Shown piece after piece: positions 49,087-57,950 of a DNA stretch of 64,000 nt. Within the stretch, counting starts at the first letter, position 1; the number at the start of each line of letters is the position of its first letter. The position numbers were made by a program, and so were the translations under genes. Under the pieces are notes generated by a model. The model saw only the letters and a list, made by a program, of their open reading frames with translations, was not told the origin of the DNA and made no database searches. The stretch is taken from contig JACPKQ010000010.1 of assembly GCA_016186995.1 (NCBI GenBank), positions 2,970 to 66,969 of the forward strand. The letters run 5' to 3'. This DNA comes from Deltaproteobacteria bacterium (lineage in GTDB: Bacteria; Bdellovibrionota; JACOXK01).

Positions 49087-50478
49087 TTATTTTTTTTGAA
49101 AACCTTTTATTTTCTTAAGTGTTTTGGCGTAGCCTTTAATATTCGTTTGTCGAGTGCGGGCAATAGCTAAATCATTTTCTGGGACATTTTTTGTAATAGT
49201 AGAGCCTGATCCAACGTAAGCATTTTTCCCAATCTTAACTGGAGCTACAAGTTGAACGTCGCTTCCTATAAAAGCACCGTCACTGACTGTGGATTTATGT
49301 TTTTGAAAACCATCATAATTGCAGGTGATCACACCACAACCAATATTAACATGCGCGCCGATATGAGCATCACCAAGATAGGATAAATGGTTTGCTTTAG
49401 AGTTTTTACCTAATGTCGTTTTTTTAAGTTCAACAAAATTTCCAACTCGAGCATTTTCTTCAACAATTGAAAGAGGTCTTAAATGAGCCATGGGCCCAAC
49501 TGTTACATTCTTTTTAAGGGTACTTTCTTCAATGACACTGCTTTGTTTAATATGACACCCCTCTCCAATTTCTGAGTTTTCTATAAAACAGTGACTTTCA
49601 ACAATAGTATTTTTAGAAATTTTTGATTTCCCTTTAAGATGCGTATTTGGATGAATAGTAACATCGTTTTCAATCTCAACATCATTATCAATATAAATAT
49701 TTTCTGAGTTAATAAGAGTAACCCCATTTAGCATGTGTTTTTCATTAATATTTTTTTGAATTTGAGAACGAATGAGTTCTAAGTCTTTTCTGTCATTAAC
49801 CCCAAAGATCTCTAAGTTGTTTGAAGTTTTATAAACATAAGCTTCTTCAGAAAAAGATACTAAATCTGTTAAATAGAATTCATTTTTTTTATTTTTATTA
49901 CTAATATTTTTAATGGCGTGTTTTAGAAATGAAGATTTGACACAATAAATACCAGCATTAACTTCTTTAATGTGTTTTTCTTCAATTGAAGCATCTTTTT
50001 CCTCTACTATTTTGAAAACCTTATTGTGACCTGTTCGTATAATTCTTCCATAAGCGGGAGGTGTTTTAAACTCAGCTGAAATAAGAGAAATGTCTGCTCG
50101 GTTTTCCTCATGAAAAGAAATAAGTTTTTCAAGCGTTTCGTGGCGCAACAAAGGGGCATCGCCATTAATAATAAGTATATCATTTTCTCCTTTAAACTTA
50201 GCTAAGCCTGCTTTAACAGCATCAGCTGTTCCAAGTGCTTTTTTTTGAGGAGCAAAAATAATATTTTTAAAATATTTTTTAATAGAAGATTGAAGCTCTT
50301 CTTTTTTGTGCCCGACAACAACAATAATTTTATGAATGCCTGCGTCTTGTAAAGCTTTCAAAGGATAAAAAATAAGAGGCCGCCCACAAACTTCATGAAG
50401 CGTTTTTTGTTTTTCAGATTTCATGCGCGTGGAAAGTCCAGCCGCAAGCACAAAAGCCGTAAGTTGTTTTCTTGGCAT
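49087..50478 (-). CDS. glmU: Bifunctional UDP-GlcNAc pyrophosphorylase / GlcN-1-P acetyltransferase
   Basis: LAAGLSTRMKS, hexapeptide repeats, HLSYLGD and CNYDG motifs. Confidence 0.97.
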   Translation of the reverse strand: MPRKQLTAFVLAAGLSTRMKSEKQKTLHEVCGRPLIFYPLKALQDAGIHKIIVVVGHKKEELQSSIKKYFKNIIFAPQKKALGTADAVKAGLAKFKGENDILIINGDAPLLRHETLEKLISFHEENRADISLISAEFKTPPAYGRIIRTGHNKVFKIVEEKDASIEEKHIKEVNAGIYCVKSSFLKHAIKNISNKNKKNEFYLTDLVSFSEEAYVYKTSNNLEIFGVNDRKDLELIRSQIQKNINEKHMLNGVTLINSENIYIDNDVEIENDVTIHPNTHLKGKSKISKNTIVESHCFIENSEIGEGCHIKQSSVIEESTLKKNVTVGPMAHLRPLSIVEENARVGNFVELKKTTLGKNSKANHLSYLGDAHIGAHVNIGCGVITCNYDGFQKHKSTVSDGAFIGSDVQLVAPVKIGKNAYVGSGSTITKNVPENDLAIARTRQTNIKGYAKTLKKIKGFQKK

Positions 50479-50522
50479 AGGGGAGAAAGATTAACGAGTT
50501 CTTATACTTACGTCAATGTCCT

Positions 50523-50978
50523 CTAGAAAGGAATGTCATCATCTGTGGCGCCAAAAGAAGGCTCTGGATTTTTGTCAAAAACGGAAGCCGCTGTTGTCGT
50601 GGCATCATCTTGCATATCAGCATGAGGAGATTTTCCGTTTTCTCCGGAGCCCTTTCCAAGAAACTGCACTGTTTGTCCCACAACTTCTGTTGTGTAGCGT
50701 TTCTGCCCTTCTTTATCTTCCCAAGAACGAGTTTGTATACGTCCTTCAAGGTAAACTTGGCGCCCCTTGCTTAAATACTGTCCGCAAAGTTCTCCGAGCT
50801 TTCCCCACACAACAACTCGATGCCATTCTGTGCGTTCTTGTCGCTCACCTTCTTGGGTTGCCCAGCTTTCACTTGTTGCAATACTAAAACGAGCCATTGC
50901 TTTGCCATTTTTAGTATAGCGAACTTCTGGGTCTCCACCGAGATGACCTAATAGAATAACTTTATTAACTCCGCTCAT
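50523..50978 (-). CDS. ssb: Single-stranded DNA-binding protein
   Basis: [15 protein letters not shown] and C-terminal DDDIPF; start at MSGVN. Confidence 0.97.
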   Translation of the reverse strand: MSGVNKVILLGHLGGDPEVRYTKNGKAMARFSIATSESWATQEGERQERTEWHRVVVWGKLGELCGQYLSKGRQVYLEGRIQTRSWEDKEGQKRYTTEVVGQTVQFLGKGSGENGKSPHADMQDDATTTAASVFDKNPEPSFGATDDDIPF

Positions 50979-51083
50979 GAAGCCCATCATAGGAGGAAGC
51001 TTTCTCGATCGTCAAGCGCTTTTATTAAAGCATGTTAAAAAGGTGGCCTGGACAATAAAGGCGCTTAAAACTATAGTGTTTGT

Positions 51084-51854
51084 ATGGGGTCCCCACGATT
51101 TAAAGAACTTGATGTCCTTTTAAAAGTGTATAGAAAAAATCCTCAGTCAAAAATTTTTGCGCCCATTGCAGAAATGTATCGAAAAAACGGATTAGTGGAT
51201 GAGGCAAAAGCATTGTGTGAACGAGGACTTTCTTTTCACCCAGATTATGTGGCAGGCAAAATGGCTCATGCAGCGGCTCTTGTGGATAACGGAGAGCTTA
51301 AAGAAGCTCTTTCAGTGCTTCAAGAAGTTATTGTTGAAAGACCACACAGTATTTTAGCCCACACACTTCTTATAAAAATATATACTAAGTTGAGTTTAGA
51401 AGAGAAATTACAGGAAACAGAAGAACATCTTTCAAAAATCAACCCTTATTTTTCAAAATTAATAAAAACAGAAAAACCTCAAAAAACAAAAACCACAACG
51501 AGAACTGCAAGTATTGAAGGCTTTCAAGTTCAATCTATTCATAATATTTTTTCTTCTGCAGAACCCCACGAAAAAGTATTAGCTCCTACACAAGGAGATA
51601 AAAAATATTATACTCTTTCATTAGCGCAAATCTATGAGAAGCAAGGTCATTTTGATAAAGCACTTTATATTTATGAAGATCTTTGTAATCTTTATCCAGA
51701 CAAGGAAGACTTTTTTCATAAAAAAGAAAGTTTAAAACAACAGCTAAAAAAACAAACCATTATTCCAAATCCTCCTTCTGAAGACGAAAGAGCCTCTGAA
51801 AGAGCTGTAGCGCTCCAAAACATACTCAAAAATATTAAGGATGTTAAACCCTGA
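51084..51854 (+). CDS. Tetratricopeptide-repeat protein
   Basis: FAPIAEMYRKNG..A TPR and TLSLAQIYEKQGH C-terminal motif. Confidence 0.75.
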   Translation: MGSPRFKELDVLLKVYRKNPQSKIFAPIAEMYRKNGLVDEAKALCERGLSFHPDYVAGKMAHAAALVDNGELKEALSVLQEVIVERPHSILAHTLLIKIYTKLSLEEKLQETEEHLSKINPYFSKLIKTEKPQKTKTTTRTASIEGFQVQSIHNIFSSAEPHEKVLAPTQGDKKYYTLSLAQIYEKQGHFDKALYIYEDLCNLYPDKEDFFHKKESLKQQLKKQTIIPNPPSEDERASERAVALQNILKNIKDVKP

Positions 51855-51863
51855 GGTAAGTTT

Positions 51864-52316
51864 GTGATTAAGCTTTTAGTAGTACATGGACCCAATCTCA
51901 ATCTTTTGGGACAAAGACAAAAAGATATTTATGGAGATAAGTCCCTTATTTTTATCAATGAAAAAATAAAAGAAGAGGCTTTAAAAAAAGATGTGCTTCT
52001 TGATATTTTTCAGAGCAACTCTGAAGGAAAAATGATCGATTTTATTCAAGAAAAAAAAGTGGAAAGTAGTGGCATGATTATTAATCCAGGCGGCTATTCA
52101 CACACAAGTGTTGCTCTTTATGATGCACTTTTGGCTTATGAAAAACCAGTTATAGAAGTTCATTTAAGTAATCCACTCAAACGCGAGACCTTTCGGGAGC
52201 CTTTGTTGACTGCGAAAGCGTGTTGTGGTGTTATCCTTGGCTTTGGATGGAGATCCTATATTGTGGGTCTTCATGAGGTTATAGAGCTTATGAGAAAGGC
52301 AAGAAAAAATGGTTAA
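51864..52316 (+). CDS. aroQ: Type II 3-dehydroquinate dehydratase
   Basis: [24 protein letters not shown] and EVHLSN motifs. Confidence 0.95.
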   Translation: MIKLLVVHGPNLNLLGQRQKDIYGDKSLIFINEKIKEEALKKDVLLDIFQSNSEGKMIDFIQEKKVESSGMIINPGGYSHTSVALYDALLAYEKPVIEVHLSNPLKRETFREPLLTAKACCGVILGFGWRSYIVGLHEVIELMRKARKNG

Positions 52317-52788
52317 TATTAAACACTTAAAACAGCTTCTCAATCTTCTTCAAGGCACAGACATTTCAGAGCTTGAGATAGAAGAAAACGGAGAAAAAAT
52401 TAAAATAAAAAGAGGTTTTTCAGAAGAGAAACCCTCTGTTTGTTATAGTGAACGCCCCTTGAATATTCAAAAGGAAACGCAAACTCAAAACAGCACTCAA
52501 GAGTTCAAGTTAAATTCAGAGAAAAATGGAGAAATAAAAAAAGATTTAGATATTAAATCTCCGTTTGTGGGTACTTTTTATAGAGCTAACTCTCCCGAGA
52601 ATGCTCCTTATGTTGAAGAAGGTTCTATTGTTAAAAAAGGAGATGTTCTTTGTATTGTAGAAGCTATGAAACTCATGAATGAAATTGAATCAGAGCTTGA
52701 TGGTAAAGTAACTGCTGTTCTTGTGGACAACGGAAATCCTGTAGAATATGGGCAAAGTTTGTTTCATGTTCGACCCCTTGAAAACTAA
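52309..52788 (+). CDS. accB: Acetyl-CoA carboxylase biotin carboxyl carrier protein
   Basis: SPFVGTFY and EAMKLMNEI biotinylation motif. Confidence 0.96.
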   Translation: MVNIKHLKQLLNLLQGTDISELEIEENGEKIKIKRGFSEEKPSVCYSERPLNIQKETQTQNSTQEFKLNSEKNGEIKKDLDIKSPFVGTFYRANSPENAPYVEEGSIVKKGDVLCIVEAMKLMNEIESELDGKVTAVLVDNGNPVEYGQSLFHVRPLEN

Positions 52789-54131
52789 TGTATAAAAAAA
52801 TTCTTATTGCGAATCGTGGCGAAATTGCACTTCGGGTTATTAGAGCCTGTCGGCAGTTAGGCATTAAAACAGTTGCTATTCATTCTGTGGCTGATCAAGC
52901 CTCTTTGCATGTTAAATTAGCTGATGAAAGTGTGTGTGTAGGGCCTGCCGAGGTTTCTAAAAGTTATCTTCATGTTCCTTCAATTCTTTCTGCTGCTGAG
53001 GTAACAGGGAGCGATGCTATTCATCCAGGCTATGGTTTTTTGGCTGAAAACCATGAGTTTGCAGAAAGGTGTGAACAATGTGGAGTTCGTTTTATTGGGC
53101 CCACACCTAAGAATATAGAGCTTATGGGAAACAAGATTAAAGCAAAGCAGTTGGTAGAGGAACTTGATATTCCCACTATTCCCGGAAGCACTACCAAGAT
53201 GAAATCTGAAAAGGAAGCTGTCTTGGTTGCAAATGAACTAGGCTACCCCATTCTCCTTAAGGCAGCGCTGGGTGGTGGTGGGCGTGGTATGAGAGTGATT
53301 CATAATGAAAACGAACTTAAAAAATCTTTGTCACTAGTTCGAAATGAAGTTCTTGCTCATTTTGGAAATCCGGACATTTATATTGAGAAATATCTTGAAG
53401 GCCCTCGTCACATAGAAGTTCAAATTGTGGCTGACCAACATGGGACTGTTCTTCATTTGGGAGAACGCGAGTGTTCTTTACAAAGAAATTATCAAAAAAT
53501 TTTAGAAGAAGCCCCTTGTGCTTTTTTAGATCAAGGAATAAGAGAAAAAATTTTGAGAGACGCTGTGAGAATTGCTTCTACCATTCAATATAAAAATGTT
53601 GGAACTATTGAATTTTTGGTTTCAGGACAAGATTACTATTTTATTGAAATGAACACCCGTATCCAAGTAGAACACCCGGTTACAGAAATGGTAACGGGCA
53701 TTGATCTTATAAAAACACAGATTCAGGTTTCTTTGGGCGAAGCGTTGTCTTGGAAGCAAGAAGATATCCATTTTAATGGACACTCTATGGAGTGTCGTAT
53801 TAATGCTGAAGATCCGGAAACAATGATGCCATTTCCAGGAGAAATAAAAGACTATCATGTTCCAGGGGGCATTGGAGTAAGAGTTGATGCAGCTTTATAT
53901 GATGGGTGTTCTATTTTACCTTATTATGATTCTTTAATAGCCAAACTCATTGTTCATGGGGATAATAGGGCTGAAGTAATTAACAAGATGAAACATGCTT
54001 TGAATGAGTATATTATTGGAGGTATTAAAACAAACATCCCTCTATTTAAAAAAATACTGGAAAACCCAAGTTTTATTGGTGGAGAAGTGAACACCTCCTT
54101 TTTAAAAAGGTTTTTACAAAAAACAACCTAA
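52788..54131 (+). CDS. accC: Acetyl-CoA carboxylase biotin carboxylase
   Basis: ANRGEIA, HPGYGFLAE, GGGGRGM and EMNTRIQVEH motifs. Confidence 0.98.
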   Translation: MYKKILIANRGEIALRVIRACRQLGIKTVAIHSVADQASLHVKLADESVCVGPAEVSKSYLHVPSILSAAEVTGSDAIHPGYGFLAENHEFAERCEQCGVRFIGPTPKNIELMGNKIKAKQLVEELDIPTIPGSTTKMKSEKEAVLVANELGYPILLKAALGGGGRGMRVIHNENELKKSLSLVRNEVLAHFGNPDIYIEKYLEGPRHIEVQIVADQHGTVLHLGERECSLQRNYQKILEEAPCAFLDQGIREKILRDAVRIASTIQYKNVGTIEFLVSGQDYYFIEMNTRIQVEHPVTEMVTGIDLIKTQIQVSLGEALSWKQEDIHFNGHSMECRINAEDPETMMPFPGEIKDYHVPGGIGVRVDAALYDGCSILPYYDSLIAKLIVHGDNRAEVINKMKHALNEYIIGGIKTNIPLFKKILENPSFIGGEVNTSFLKRFLQKTT

Positions 54132-54143
54132 TTTTTTACTGTT

Positions 54144-57100
54144 ATGAAAAGAATCGTTAGCCTTTTTTTAGTGATTCTTATTTTATCTTTTTCTAGTTTT
54201 GTTTATTTAACAAAACAGCCTTTTTTCCAGCAGTATTTGAAAAGACTTGTTTATGAATATGCCGAAAAAGAGTTTAAAAGAAAGATAGAATTTAAAACCC
54301 TTTCCATAGGGTTTTTGGGCCCTACCATTTATTCTGATGAGGTTTCTGTTTCTAAAAAAAACGAGAGTTTGTTTTTAAAAAGTATAAAGGCGCGAGTGAG
54401 TATTTTAGCCCTTTTAAAGGGGCAATTTAAAATTTCTTCTATTTATGGATATCAAGGAAAATTTCAATCTGTATTAGAGAATAACAAAGGTCAAGGAAAA
54501 CCCCCAGATATTTTCGGTAGTTTTTTAATTCCAAAATTTGAATTTGAAAAAATAGATTTTGAAATAAAATCTCAAAATAGTGATGAAATTTTTATTTCAA
54601 ACGCTTCTATCGAAGGAAATCAAAAATCTGAAGTTGTTTTCCTCAAATTAAATTTTCCCAAAATAAATTTTAAGTATAAAAATCTAGAAAGAACTCATCT
54701 CTCCCTCAATGTGAGGGGAGATGTTTCCCCAAAACGGATTTATTTAAAGAATTTTTTGTTAAAAGAGAATAATAACAAACTGAACTTAAGTGGATATTAT
54801 CATTTTAATAAGAAACAAAAGCTTGATATTCAGTTTGATTCAAATTTCGATGTTAAAAGTCTTCACGATATTCTACCCCAAGTTAAAATCTTGAGTGGGC
54901 ATGGAAGATCTGTGGGAAGTCTTAAGGGGATATTAGATGCCCCTGTTCTTCAGTTTTCATCGCAGTTTGAAAGTATTTTTGTAGGCCCCCAAGAACTTAA
55001 AGAAGCTCAATTTTCTTTTTTGTTAAAGGATAAAGTAATTCAAATTACAAATTTAGAATCCTATAAAACAGTTCGGGGGGGTGTAGAAATAAAACTGAGC
55101 GATCCTTTAAATGTCAGGGGAAGCCTTCACCTTTCCCAAACCCCCCTAGAAAATATTTATTATCTTAAGGAATTAGGTATTTTAGGTAAGGCAACCGGTC
55201 CTGTTAAATTTGTGATTGATGGAAATCAAAAATACCCTGCTTTTTTAGAGAGTGATCTTTTGGTGGAAGGTTTTCAAAGCCCAGTGGGGCAGGTTGTTGA
55301 TATTCAAAACTTTCAACTCAGTGCCAAGTATTCTATTGGTGGAGAAGGGCTGTTAGTAGAAAGCGGAAAGATAAACCGTGGTAAAACTGTATGGAAGATC
55401 AAAAAATCTCAAGTTGGTTTTGGGGCGCGCCCACTTCATTTTGAAATTACCTCGGAAAATTATAGATGGGCAGATTTCCCCCTTTCTCCTATTAAAGAAA
55501 GTTTTGATGCCCAGGGTCATGTGCGCGTTTTATTTGAAGGAAAAACCAAAGATCTAAAAATAGAAAGTAGTTTTGATCTTAATAATATTAAGTTTTTAGG
55601 ACTTTCCTGTGAGGGACTTCAAAGCAAGATTTCTTTTAATAAGTCTATTCTTACAATTCTTGAAGCAAAAGCATTTCAAGAAGATTCTTTTTTAAGCCTT
55701 AATGGGCAATATGATTTTATAGAAAAAGAATTTAAAAATACAAAGATTCATTCAAACAAAGTTTCTGTAAAAGATTTTATCCAGGCGGGTGTAGCTATTC
55801 CTTTTTCACTAGAGGGGCTTTTTGAAGTTGATCTTAATGTTCAAGGGTCTCTTACAAGAAAAAATATATTTTTGGAAGGAGAAATTAAAGGTAGAAACAC
55901 AAGAATTTTAAAGGAAAGTTTTGAGAAGGTGTCTATTTCTTTTTCTCAAAAAAATGGGAAAACTTTTTTAAAGAAATCTCAGTTTTCAAAAGGCGGAGGT
56001 GTTTTAAATATAAGTGGTGTTATTTTTGAAAACAATGAGTGTTTGTTAGATTTTAAAACAGAAAACTTTGTTTCTCAGTCTTTCGATTTTTTATCTCAGT
56101 ATCCTTTTTTCATTTCTGCCCGCGTTGATTTTTTGGGAAGCTTAAGAGGAAACATTTTTAATCCCAAAGGAAAGGCAAAACTTCATTTTTCAAAATCAAA
56201 TCTTAATGGAGAGGCTCTTAAAAACTCAACTTACGAAATGAGTTTAGAGAATAAAAGTCTCAATGTAAAAGGAGAAGTTTTTGAAGGAGAGGCCTCTTTA
56301 ACATCTCAAATAAAACTTGATGCCCCCTATTTTTATAAGATACATTTACAAGGGAAAAACTTCAATTTTAAACCCTTTTACGGGCTTATCAGGGGTTTTG
56401 TAAGTGAAGGAGTGGGAATTATTGACGGAAGTATTTTAGCAGAGGGATCTTTGGAATCCCCATTGGTAAATACTTTAGAAGTTAAAATCAATAAATTTAA
56501 AATCAACCTCCCCGGATATTTTTTAGAATCTAAAACCCCTTTTCAAGTTTCTTATAAAAACAACGAGTTAGAGGTGGGTAAGGTTTATTTTTTTGGAACG
56601 GAAACAGAGTTTGTTTTTTCTGGCAAGAAAGATAAAAATGGAACGCTTGATTTTGACGGCAAAGGAGCCCTAAACATTGCCTTTCTCCCCCTCTTTGTAA
56701 AAGAAGTAGAAAGGGGAAGTGGACTTTTAAATGTTTCTTTTTCTCTTAAAGGATCTGCAGAAAACCCGCTTCTCTTGGGGTATGTGAGAACAGAAAATAG
56801 TTCTATAAGGTCAAGAACACTGAAACAAGGCATCAGTAATTTAAATTTAGATATAAAACTTCATAACCAAGAAATTATTTTTGAAAAAGCTATCTTTGAT
56901 CTGCCGAGAGGTAAGGCAAAGCTGGGTGGCAATGTTCTTCTTTCTAAAATAAGGGAACCAGAATTTAACATTTCTCTAGAATTAGAAAAAGGTCGGATTT
57001 CTTTTTTTGAAGATCTTTTTTCAACAATGAGTGGAACTTTATTTTTAGAAGGAAAATCGCCTTTTCTTATAAGAGGAGACCTAGAAGTTTCAAAAATAGA

Positions 57101-57950
57101 ATATGAAAGATATTTGGATTGGAAAAGCAATATTATACCACTTACAAAAAAAGGAGAAATTAAAGTTTCAGGGGAAAATAAAGAACCCACGTTTAATTTT
57201 GATTTAAAAATAAAAAGTATTAGTGATCTTGAAGTTGAAAATAACCTTTTCCAACTTCAAGGAAGTGGTGTTTTTGAAATTAAGGGAAATAATTTAAACC
57301 CCGTTATCTTGGGGCATTTTGATACACAGAAAGGAAAAATCTTTTTTAAAGATCATACGTTTCAACTTGGGGAAAGCCAGCTTATTTTAAAAGACAAGAC
57401 AAAAATAAACCCGTTTTTCTCATTTACTCTTTCGGGTGTGATAAGGGATTATCGCATCACTATTATTGGTCAGGGAGATTTAGTGAAATATAATATTCAA
57501 CTTCAGTCAGATCCACCCTTGGCCCAAACAGATATTGTTTCTCTTCTTACACTTGGGGTTTTAACCGCCGAAATTCAGGGTGAAGAAGCATTAGGTACAA
57601 CCTCTTTTGAAGCTGCGACGCTTATTTTAAGTCAGTTTCAGGAAAAAATAGCAGTGGTTGCTAGAAAGACACTGGGGGTTCAGTTTAGACTTGCTTCTTC
57701 TTATTCAGATACAAAACATGCTGTTCGTCCGAGGTTGTTTCTTTCGAAAGATCTTTCCGATCGTTTAGAATTGTCATTTTCATCAACGTTAGATAGAGAG
57801 GGTATTTTTGAAGACAAACTTTTTAACTTAGAATGGCGTTTAAATAGAAGGCTTTCTCTTTTAGGGGTGTGGGAAGATGAAGGAAGTCAGGAAACAAATC
57901 AAGAATCTATTTTTGGATTAGATGTTAAATATAAATATGAATTTGAATAA
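54144..57950 (+). CDS. tamB: TamB/AsmA-like translocation and assembly module protein
   Basis: N-terminal anchor, long beta-rich body, DUF490-like C-terminus (SDPPLAQTDIVSLL, YKYEFE); adjacent to an Omp85 gene. Confidence 0.78.
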   Translation: MKRIVSLFLVILILSFSSFVYLTKQPFFQQYLKRLVYEYAEKEFKRKIEFKTLSIGFLGPTIYSDEVSVSKKNESLFLKSIKARVSILALLKGQFKISSIYGYQGKFQSVLENNKGQGKPPDIFGSFLIPKFEFEKIDFEIKSQNSDEIFISNASIEGNQKSEVVFLKLNFPKINFKYKNLERTHLSLNVRGDVSPKRIYLKNFLLKENNNKLNLSGYYHFNKKQKLDIQFDSNFDVKSLHDILPQVKILSGHGRSVGSLKGILDAPVLQFSSQFESIFVGPQELKEAQFSFLLKDKVIQITNLESYKTVRGGVEIKLSDPLNVRGSLHLSQTPLENIYYLKELGILGKATGPVKFVIDGNQKYPAFLESDLLVEGFQSPVGQVVDIQNFQLSAKYSIGGEGLLVESGKINRGKTVWKIKKSQVGFGARPLHFEITSENYRWADFPLSPIKESFDAQGHVRVLFEGKTKDLKIESSFDLNNIKFLGLSCEGLQSKISFNKSILTILEAKAFQEDSFLSLNGQYDFIEKEFKNTKIHSNKVSVKDFIQAGVAIPFSLEGLFEVDLNVQGSLTRKNIFLEGEIKGRNTRILKESFEKVSISFSQKNGKTFLKKSQFSKGGGVLNISGVIFENNECLLDFKTENFVSQSFDFLSQYPFFISARVDFLGSLRGNIFNPKGKAKLHFSKSNLNGEALKNSTYEMSLENKSLNVKGEVFEGEASLTSQIKLDAPYFYKIHLQGKNFNFKPFYGLIRGFVSEGVGIIDGSILAEGSLESPLVNTLEVKINKFKINLPGYFLESKTPFQVSYKNNELEVGKVYFFGTETEFVFSGKKDKNGTLDFDGKGALNIAFLPLFVKEVERGSGLLNVSFSLKGSAENPLLLGYVRTENSSIRSRTLKQGISNLNLDIKLHNQEIIFEKAIFDLPRGKAKLGGNVLLSKIREPEFNISLELEKGRISFFEDLFSTMSGTLFLEGKSPFLIRGDLEVSKIEYERYLDWKSNIIPLTKKGEIKVSGENKEPTFNFDLKIKSISDLEVENNLFQLQGSGVFEIKGNNLNPVILGHFDTQKGKIFFKDHTFQLGESQLILKDKTKINPFFSFTLSGVIRDYRITIIGQGDLVKYNIQLQSDPPLAQTDIVSLLTLGVLTAEIQGEEALGTTSFEAATLILSQFQEKIAVVARKTLGVQFRLASSYSDTKHAVRPRLFLSKDLSDRLELSFSSTLDREGIFEDKLFNLEWRLNRRLSLLGVWEDEGSQETNQESIFGLDVKYKYEFE